Shown here piece after piece: positions 25,668 to 32,000 of a DNA stretch of 32,000 nt (the stretch's first letter is position 1; each line of letters opens with the position of its first letter). The stretch spans positions 3,360,001 through 3,392,000 of the forward strand of contig NC_010546.1 of assembly GCF_000017845.1 (NCBI RefSeq), given 5' to 3'. Origin of the DNA: Crocosphaera subtropica ATCC 51142 (GTDB lineage Bacteria > Cyanobacteriota > Cyanobacteriia > Cyanobacteriales > Microcystaceae). Made by a program: the position numbers and the translations under genes. The notes beneath the pieces were generated by a model. The model searched no databases and had not been told where the DNA came from. It saw only the letters and a list, made by a program, of their open reading frames with translations.

Positions 25668-27023
25668 TTAAGATTGAGGCATTAAATGTTCTACCACAAA
25701 ATTAGTATACACATCCCCTGCTAAAAAGGCGGGGGTTTCTAATACCCGTTTATGAAAATCTATGGTGGTAGGAACCCCTGTAATGGCACATTCTCTTAAA
25801 GCTCGTTTCATGCGTTTAATTGCCGTATTTCTATCAGGTCCCCAAACAATTAATTTACCAATTAAAGAGTCATAATAAGGGGGAATTTCGTAATCGGTGT
25901 AAACATGGGAATCCATTCTCACTCCTGGACCACCGGGGGGAAGATAACCGCTAATTTTTCCAGGATGGGGTCGAAAATTGAGATCGGGATCTTCAGCATT
26001 AATGCGACATTCAATGGCATGGCCTTTTAAAGCGATTTCCGATTGTTTGAATTGTAATTTTTCTCCTTGAGCGATGCGAATTTGTTCCGTAATTAAATCC
26101 AATCCCGTGATCATTTCTGTAACCGGGTGTTCTACTTGGATACGGGTATTCATTTCCATAAAATAAAAATTTCCCTGATTATCCACTAAAAATTCTACGG
26201 TTCCGGCACCGACATAATTAATGGACTTGGCAGCTTTAACGGCCGCTTCTCCCATTTTTTTACGAAGTTGGGGGGTTAAAAAAGGACTAGGGGCTTCTTC
26301 TAATAATTTTTGGTGACGACGTTGAATGGAACAGTCCCTTTCCCCTAGATGAATGACATTACCATAACTGTCCGCTAATATCTGAAATTCAATATGACGG
26401 GGACGTTCGATAAATTTTTCTAAATAAACGCCAGCATTGGCAAAGGCTGCTTCTGCTTCCCCCTGGGCTGCTTGAAAGAGACGGGAAAACTCACTTTCTT
26501 CCCGGACTAAGCGCATTCCTCGCCCGCCTCCTCCGGCGGTTGCTTTAATCATGACAGGATAGCCCACGTCACGGGCTACCTTTAAGGCTTCTTCTTCATT
26601 GTCCAAGAGTCCAGCACTGCCAGGCACTGTGGGAACCCCTGCTTTTTGCATGGTTTTTTTAGCGGTGGATTTGTCTCCCATCGCACGAATAGCCTCAGGA
26701 GACGGGCCAATAAAAACAATTTGGTGATCGGCACAAATCTCTGCGAAACGAGCATTTTCTGCCAAAAATCCGTATCCTGGATGAATTGCCGTAGCGTTAC
26801 GCGTCAGAGCAGCCGAGATAATATTCGGAATATTGAGATAACTTTTACCACTAGCCGGCGGACCAATACACACACTTTCATCGGCTAATTGAACATGGAG
26901 GGCTTGGCGATCGATGGTAGAGTGAACCGCAACCGTCCCAATACCCAGTTCTTCGCAAGTGTGTAAAATTCGTAAGGCGATCTCCCCGCGATTGGCAATT
27001 AGGATTTTGGAAAATTGCATCAT
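25668..27023 (-). CDS. accC: acetyl-CoA carboxylase, biotin carboxylase subunit
   Basis: [14 protein letters not shown], the GGGGRGMR glycine loop, and [14 protein letters not shown]. Confidence 0.92.
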   Translation of the reverse strand: MMQFSKILIANRGEIALRILHTCEELGIGTVAVHSTIDRQALHVQLADESVCIGPPASGKSYLNIPNIISAALTRNATAIHPGYGFLAENARFAEICADHQIVFIGPSPEAIRAMGDKSTAKKTMQKAGVPTVPGSAGLLDNEEEALKVARDVGYPVMIKATAGGGGRGMRLVREESEFSRLFQAAQGEAEAAFANAGVYLEKFIERPRHIEFQILADSYGNVIHLGERDCSIQRRHQKLLEEAPSPFLTPQLRKKMGEAAVKAAKSINYVGAGTVEFLVDNQGNFYFMEMNTRIQVEHPVTEMITGLDLITEQIRIAQGEKLQFKQSEIALKGHAIECRINAEDPDLNFRPHPGKISGYLPPGGPGVRMDSHVYTDYEIPPYYDSLIGKLIVWGPDRNTAIKRMKRALRECAITGVPTTIDFHKRVLETPAFLAGDVYTNFVVEHLMPQS

Positions 27024-27106
27024 TTAACCTGTGCATAAACAGTCCTATCTAGTAGGATATCTGGTTTTGTCCTTCTGAGGATAGTCACGGGGAGAGACAA
27101 GGATTA

Positions 27107-27877
27107 TTAATTAACCAACTGAGGGGTTAAATCAATGGTTTCTCCAGGTTTGGGAGTCATCACCTTAGTAGCAAGGTCATTCTTTTGTAACTGCTGACGA
27201 AACTTATCGATGGTTCCTTCTTGTCGCAACAGAGACACTAACAGTCCTTGATATTCCGTTTCTTTGGCATCGGCAGTGGGTAAAATAAACTTAGGTTTTA
27301 GGGTTTGACACAACTTTAGAGTAGTTTGTTGACCCTGTAACACAGGGAGAAGATGTAAGATACTAATTCCTACCACTGGGGTTAAAATAATGTCTACAGG
27401 AGCCTCCTCTTGTAACCCAGAGCAATGATTACCGTGGGGTTCGTAGTAGAGTTTTTGCCCTTCTTTTAAATCGTTAATAATATAAGCATTTTCCACCAAT
27501 TGCGGACCCACAAGCGATCCAGGGAAGGCTTTAAAGTGGACTGTTTCATCTAAGGTGTAACTGTCACCGTGATCCAGGGTACGAATATCGGTGTAGCCTA
27601 ATTCTTTGACAACTTTTGTGGCGTTAGGAGAGGCTACCACTGGAATATTATGATCGAGTTCTTCTAAAGTAGGAATGTGAGCATGATCGTCTAATCCTTG
27701 AGATAAAAGAATAAGATCGATGGGCTTATTAACATCATAGGTTTTGGACTTAACTCCTTTAAATAACCAATCTAAGTTACCAAAAACTAATGGTCCAACT
27801 AACCAGGGATCAAGAAGGATTCTTTTCCCTGAAATTTCCAGGAACCAGGAGTTATTATCAAGCCAGGTAAGTTTCAT
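27107..27877 (-). CDS. MBL-fold metallo-hydrolase
   Basis: LLSQGLDDHAH (HxHxDH-like metal motif variant), N-terminal MKLTWLDNNSWFLE..ILLDPW, and later His/Asp residues in a beta-lactamase-fold pattern. Confidence 0.7.
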   Translation of the reverse strand: MKLTWLDNNSWFLEISGKRILLDPWLVGPLVFGNLDWLFKGVKSKTYDVNKPIDLILLSQGLDDHAHIPTLEELDHNIPVVASPNATKVVKELGYTDIRTLDHGDSYTLDETVHFKAFPGSLVGPQLVENAYIINDLKEGQKLYYEPHGNHCSGLQEEAPVDIILTPVVGISILHLLPVLQGQQTTLKLCQTLKPKFILPTADAKETEYQGLLVSLLRQEGTIDKFRQQLQKNDLATKVMTPKPGETIDLTPQLVN

Positions 27878-28056
27878 AAAGATTCTAATTATTGACTGTA
27901 TTCAAAAAAATGACAATACTATTATTATTCTGACACAACAAGAAACGATTTTTCAAAATGATGAACCGTGTCTAACTTGAAACCCTTAGTTTTTCTTCTT
28001 CGGGATCTAAATGTTGTTTTACCCATAAGTGATCGCTAACAATGAGAAGTTTAGAA

Positions 28057-28347
28057 TTAAGGACTGATAATTTTATCAAATATATGACCGATAATTTTTT
28101 CATCAGAAGACGGCATATACTCGATAGCAAATTGATACTTACAAAAACTTTGTTTAACGTCAGGTTCTAATTCTTTAAAATATTTGCCTTGAAGATTTTG
28201 AATAGTTGCATCCTCAGAAAAAGGAAATTCATTAACAATACTTATTTTAGAAATGCCATCAGGCGTTATTTCTTGATAAACAACTATAGCAGGTGCAGGA
28301 TATCTGTTGACAACAGTATCAATAAAATAATCTTTGTACTCTTGATT
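28057..28347 (-). pseudogene. DUF262 (GmrSD N-terminal / ParB-like nuclease superfamily) gene, distal fragment after IS insertion
   Basis: From the TSD copy aat the minus strand reads N-QEYKDYFIDTVVNRYPAPAIVVYQE...IIGHIFDKIISP*. The ATG of the listed ORF (28359) lies inside the IS terminal repeat and is an artefact. The product is far shorter than typical DUF262 proteins, so it is probably also truncated at the 3' end. Confidence 0.6.
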
Positions 28348-28416
28348 AGACATCTCCATAATTTAATAAAATCAAGAAATATAGTATAATAAAATGAATA
28401 ATTAGTTCAAAAAAGA

Positions 28417-29461
28417 ATGGAAACTTACACTTGGAGCTATCTAAAAAAATATCCTAAACAAACCAAAAGATTATTAGGAATTGATGACAATCAATTGGAA
28501 CAATTGATTGCTCTAGGGAAGCTTCTTCATCAGAAAAAAAAAGAAGAGAACGAAAAAACAAAAATTAGAATTAATCAACCTGGTGCGGGAAGTCCATCTT
28601 TATTAGCAGAAGAAGAACAAATTGTTCTAACGTTAGTTTATTTAAGACATAATATAAGTTTTCAACTCTTAGGACTACTTTTTCAAGTAAGTGAGTCAAC
28701 GGCTCATAATATTTTTACTTATTGGCAAACACTTTTTGAAGGAGAGTTACCACCAAGTTTATTAGAACAAATAAAAAAGTTTCAAGAAGAAAAAGAAATA
28801 GTTCTTGAAATGTTAACTGATTATGAATTGATTGTAGACAGCGCAGAACAGGCTATTGAAAGACCTTCAGATTATCAAGAACAAAAAAAATATTATTGCG
28901 GTGCGACCCCGGCGATTCGTAATCGCCTAGGGAACGCGCACCAAGAGACAGGGTAAGCAGAAAAGACATACTTTAAAAAGTCAATTCGTTGTCTTGCCAA
29001 AAGCTGAAGATATTATTGATGTAGTAATTGGAAAACCTGGGCCGACAAGTGACATTAACATCTGTCGGCAAACTTTAAATAAATTCAAGATAAACCAAAC
29101 TTTTAGTGCTGATAAAGCCTACATTGGAGAGACTCAAATTATCACTCCGCATAAAAAAACTAAGAAAAGAGAATTAACTGAAGCTCAAATAAAAGAAAAT
29201 AAAGCTTTATCATCTAATCGGATTTTTGTTGAGCATTTAATTCGAGTTGTCAAAGTATTTAAAGTAGTTCAAGAAAGATTTCGCTTACATAAGAGTCGAT
29301 ATAAATCGGTTTTGTTAACCGTTTGTGGATTAGTTCGGTTGAGAATTAGTTCCTTGATTTTGAAAATAATAGAATCCTCCCAATCTGGAGAGGTAATTGA
29401 CGTTATAATGAGCCATAGTTTTATGTCCAAATTAGAGTTAATTCCTTCAACCCCTTATTAA
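28417..29461 (+). pseudogene. IS5/Harbinger-type DDE transposase (HTH_Tnp_4 + DDE_Tnp_4 architecture), disrupted
   Basis: The listed ORFs 28417..28956 and 28994..29461 are two halves of one gene. Deleting about 52 nt (28897-28948) fuses them in frame as ...SDYQEQKKYY-QGKQKRHTLKSQFVVLPKAEDIIDVV.... DDE candidates: LIVDSAEQ, SADKAY, FVEHLI. Confidence 0.8.
28897..28948. other. 52-nt GC-rich imperfect hairpin inserted in the transposase gene
   Basis: tgcggtgcgaccccggcgattcgtaatcgcctagggaacgcgcaccaagaga. ggtgcg (28900-28905) pairs with cgcacc (28937-28942), and ggcgatt (28911-28917) pairs with aatcgcc (28921-28927). It causes a +1 frame shift and a stop at 28954-28956. Boundaries are uncertain by a few nt. 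Confidence 0.6.
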
Positions 29462-29546
29462 TTCGTTCTGAAGGCTAATTTTGACTTCAAGTTTAATCTG
29501 CCTGTTTTCATTGCTGTAACTGGGTTATGGATTCTTGGAGATGTCT

Positions 29547-29651
29547 ATTCCAAACACTACGTCGTTGATAAGGTAGATCAAGATCAAGAAGTCTTCTATT
29601 ATAAAGATCCCAAAACCATGAAATTGTTTGAAAGTTAATAGTTCTTTTCAT
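29547..29651 (-). pseudogene. DUF262 family gene, first 35 codons (proximal fragment)
   Basis: From the minus-strand ATG at 29651: MKRTINFQTISWFWDLYNRRLLDLDLPYQRRSVWN. PYQR..VW is the DUF262 signature. Codon 35 (aat) is the duplicated target. Confidence 0.7.
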
Positions 29652-29862
29652 TTTTAATTATTGAATATTTATTGCACTGATTATTTTAATTATTATAGTT
29701 GTTTACAATCGCAGCTTAATCTTAAACTTAACACCTTTTTCTAAGAAAACTTAAGAAAACCCTAAGCACTATTAACAAATAAACTTGATACCCTAAGAAG
29801 TGATACCCTAGAAAATCCTGATCGCAACATCTTAAGTAAACGTGAAAAAAAGGAGACACTCA

Positions 29863-32000
29863 ATGTTAGAAAACTATCACAAACACGCAGCAGAACGAGC
29901 AAAACTTGGTATTCCCCCCTTACCCTTAACCGCAGAACAAACATCGCAACTATGCGAACTGTTAAAAAACCCACCCGAAGAGCAAAAAGAAGAACTTTTG
30001 ATGTTATTACGAGATAGGGTTCCCCCTGGTGTGGATGAAGCAGCTTATGTTAAAGCAGGGTTCTTAACCGCAGTCGCTAAAAAAGAAATAACCTGTCCCC
30101 TCATCTCTCCTCAAGGCGCGGTAGACTTATTAGGAACCATGATGGGGGGTTATAACGTACAATCCTTAGTAAACCTCCTCAAATCTTCTGATAGTAATAT
30201 TGCCGCAACCGCAGCCACCGCATTAAGCAAAACCCTGCTAGTGTTTGACGCATTTAACGATGTTTTAGAACTTTCCGAAAGCAACCCCTACGCTAAACAA
30301 GTTATCGACGCATGGGCTGAAGCTTCCTGGTTTATCAATAAACCCCCAGTCCCGGAAGCTATTCGCGTCACCGTCTTTAAAGTGCCAGGAGAAACCAATA
30401 CAGACGATCTATCTCCTGCCCCCCACGCCACCACTCGGCCCGATATTCCCCTCCATGCGTTAGCTATGTTAGAGTCAACCATGCCGGAAGGGATCGAAAC
30501 CATTGCTAGACTGAAAGAAAAAGGCTATCCTGTGGCTTATGTTGGGGATGTAGTTGGTACCGGTTCCTCCCGTAAATCAGCTATTAACTCCGTTTTATGG
30601 CACATTGGTCATGATATTCCCTTCGTCCCCAATAAACGGGCAGGCGGCTACATTTTAGGGGGGAAAATAGCCCCTATTTTCTTCAATACTGCCGAAGACT
30701 CCGGCGCATTTCCCATTGAATGCGATGTGTCGGAAATGGAAACCGGTGACGTTATCATCATCTATCCCTACAAAGGAGAAGTCGCTAACGAAGAAGGAGA
30801 CGTTATTGCAAATTTCACCCCCAAACCTGAGACTATTTTAGATGAAGTTCGGGCTGGGGGACGCATTCCCTTACTTATTGGCCGCGCATTAACGGATAAA
30901 ACCCGTGCAGCGTTGGGACTCGAACCCAGTGATGTTTTTGTCCGTCCAATCCCCCCTTCCCCCCTTAGTAAGGGGGGTGTCGAAGACGGGGGGATACCTG
31001 GCTTCACTTTGGCCCAGAAAATGGTGGGTAAAGCTTGCGGTTTACCTGGGGTTCGTCCGGGAACCTCCTGTGAACCCATGATGACTACCGTTGGTTCCCA
31101 AGATACCACAGGACCCATGACAAGGGATGAGTTGAAAGAGTTAGCTTGTTTAGGGTTCAACGCAGACTTAACCCTACAAAGTTTCTGTCATACCGCAGCT
31201 TATCCCAAACCAGTTGACATCACAACCCACAAAGACTTACCGGACTTCTTTGCAACTCGTGGAGGTGTGGCGTTGAAACCCGGTGACGGTATTATTCACT
31301 CTTGGTTAAACCGGATGTTATTACCGGATACGGTGGGAACCGGAGGAGACTCTCACACCCGTTTTCCTTTGGGTATTTCTTTCCCTGCTGGTTCCGGTTT
31401 AGTGGCCTTTGCAGCAGCTTTGGGGGTGATGCCTCTCGATATGCCAGAATCAGTATTAGTTAAGTTTACTGGAAAGTTGCAACCGGGTGTAACCTTAAGA
31501 GACATTGTGAATGCTATTCCTTGGGTTGCCATTCAAGAAGGTAAGCTAACTGTTGCCAAAGAGAACAAAATTAATGTTTTCAATGGTCGTATTATGGAGA
31601 TGGAAGGATTACCTGATTTAAAAGTAGAACAGGCTTTTGAATTAACCGATGCTACCGCAGAAAGGTCCTGTGCAGGGTCTACAATTAAGTTAGGAAAAGA
31701 CACCATCGCTGAATATTTACGCTCCAATATTTCCTTAATTAAAAATATGGTGGCACGGGGTTATCAAGACTCCAGAACCTTAATGCGTCGGGCTGCAAAA
31801 ATGGAGGAATGGTTAAAAAATCCCGTCTTAATGGAGGCTGATGAAACAGCAGAGTATGCTGATGTTATCGAAGTCAACTTAAACGAGATTAAAGAACCTA
31901 TTGTAGCTGCACCGAACGATCCCGATAATGTTAAATTAATGTCAGAATGTGCAGGGGATAAAGTAGATGAGGTATTCATCGGTTCCTGTATGACCAATAT
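29863..32000 (+). CDS. acnB: aconitate hydratase B / 2-methylisocitrate dehydratase (3' end outside window)
   Basis: Not in the ORF track because it runs off the edge. aggaga RBS at 29851-29856. Starts [22 protein letters not shown] and contains [53 protein letters not shown] and [10 protein letters not shown], colinear with E. coli AcnB as I recall it. Confidence 0.92.
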   Translation, partial: MLENYHKHAAERAKLGIPPLPLTAEQTSQLCELLKNPPEEQKEELLMLLRDRVPPGVDEAAYVKAGFLTAVAKKEITCPLISPQGAVDLLGTMMGGYNVQSLVNLLKSSDSNIAATAATALSKTLLVFDAFNDVLELSESNPYAKQVIDAWAEASWFINKPPVPEAIRVTVFKVPGETNTDDLSPAPHATTRPDIPLHALAMLESTMPEGIETIARLKEKGYPVAYVGDVVGTGSSRKSAINSVLWHIGHDIPFVPNKRAGGYILGGKIAPIFFNTAEDSGAFPIECDVSEMETGDVIIIYPYKGEVANEEGDVIANFTPKPETILDEVRAGGRIPLLIGRALTDKTRAALGLEPSDVFVRPIPPSPLSKGGVEDGGIPGFTLAQKMVGKACGLPGVRPGTSCEPMMTTVGSQDTTGPMTRDELKELACLGFNADLTLQSFCHTAAYPKPVDITTHKDLPDFFATRGGVALKPGDGIIHSWLNRMLLPDTVGTGGDSHTRFPLGISFPAGSGLVAFAAALGVMPLDMPESVLVKFTGKLQPGVTLRDIVNAIPWVAIQEGKLTVAKENKINVFNGRIMEMEGLPDLKVEQAFELTDATAERSCAGSTIKLGKDTIAEYLRSNISLIKNMVARGYQDSRTLMRRAAKMEEWLKNPVLMEADETAEYADVIEVNLNEIKEPIVAAPNDPDNVKLMSECAGDKVDEVFIGSCMTN
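30951..30993. repeat. C6-tt-C6-ttagtaa-G6-tgtcgaagac-G6 nested palindromic segment inside acnB, in frame
   Basis: ccccccttccccccttagtaaggggggtgtcgaagacgggggg encodes [14 protein letters not shown] within the inter-domain linker. Confidence 0.8.

Larger units (their letters stand above)
28348..29546 (+). mobile_element. IS5-family-type insertion sequence, 1199 bp, 11-bp TIR, 3-bp TSD (att)
   Basis: agacatctcca (28348-28358) is the reverse complement of tggagatgtct (29536-29546). att flanks both ends (28345-28347 and 29547-29549). Removing the element plus one TSD copy rejoins a DUF262 reading frame. Confidence 0.85.

Noticed and set aside
28348-28359. ATG start (MEMS...) of the listed 28057..28359 ORF
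   Set aside because: These codons are the reverse complement of the IS terminal repeat (ggagatgtct). The real gene start is at 29651, on the other side of the IS.
28994-29461. The second transposase ORF as an independent gene with a TTG start
   Set aside because: The upstream sequence in the same frame (GKQKRHTLKSQFVV) continues the conserved transposase core. It is the 3' half of a disrupted gene.
29462-29638. 59-codon open frame on the plus strand after the transposase stop, which first looked like an orphan C-terminal gene fragment
   Set aside because: It has no start codon. The stretch is the right end of the IS (to 29546) followed by the antisense of the first 35 codons of the DUF262 gene.
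30951-30993. G-quadruplex formation by the G6 runs in acnB
   Set aside because: Each strand has only two G6 runs, and a canonical intramolecular quadruplex needs four. A hairpin or cruciform is the relevant structure.
29762-31997. Five minus-strand ORFs (29762..29974, 30288..30503, 30768..31160, 31533..31727, 31764..31997)
   Set aside because: All are antisense to acnB, which is strongly supported, and they have low-complexity translations.
1-32000. CRISPR arrays, rRNA genes, prophage or integrase genes, retron or DGR reverse transcriptases
   Set aside because: I saw no regularly spaced repeats of 25-40 bp, no rRNA-like conserved blocks, and no RT or integrase motifs in any listed or self-derived ORF.

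Overview
Cyanobacterial chromosomal window. Evidence for the taxon: at least 12 HIP1 GCGATCGC palindromes, petG, an Amt ammonium transporter, a pentapeptide-repeat protein and a PEP-CTERM tail; it looks like a unicellular Cyanothece/Crocosphaera-type genome, but that is not provable here. Most of the window is housekeeping: argF, a DHOD-like gene plus pfkA, DedA, a Ca-type P-type ATPase, tRNA-Ser(GGA), rpmF, ribD, amt, petG, guaA, smpB, accC, and acnB running off the right edge. An ACAD-like gene enters from the left edge. rpmF, petG, acnB and the left-edge gene are absent from the ORF track. I found no CRISPR array, rRNA, prophage or recognisable multi-gene defence operon. The non-core content is nested mobile DNA: (1) an intact 1587-bp IS with a 7-bp TSD, sitting on the terminus of a MITE; (2) a TIR-bounded MITE family with three clear copies plus debris, two copies carrying unrelated 23-nt GC-rich segments at the same internal position; (3) a 1199-bp IS5-type element with an 11-bp TIR and 3-bp TSD that splits a DUF262 gene at codon 35, and whose own transposase is split by a 52-nt GC-rich hairpin; (4) a 65-bp GC-rich block with an 8-bp direct repeat in the end of the first IS. 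The recurring small GC-rich insertions inside mobile elements are my best candidate for something not routinely described. They recall the very small dispersed repeats reported in Nostocales, but that link is unproven from one window. Other points worth a look: an in-frame C6/G6 palindromic segment in acnB; a decayed CHRD/PEP-CTERM gene; an AT-rich GT39 / unknown / EF-hand cassette next to tRNA-Ser; a stand-alone NADAR gene; a stand-alone VWA gene.
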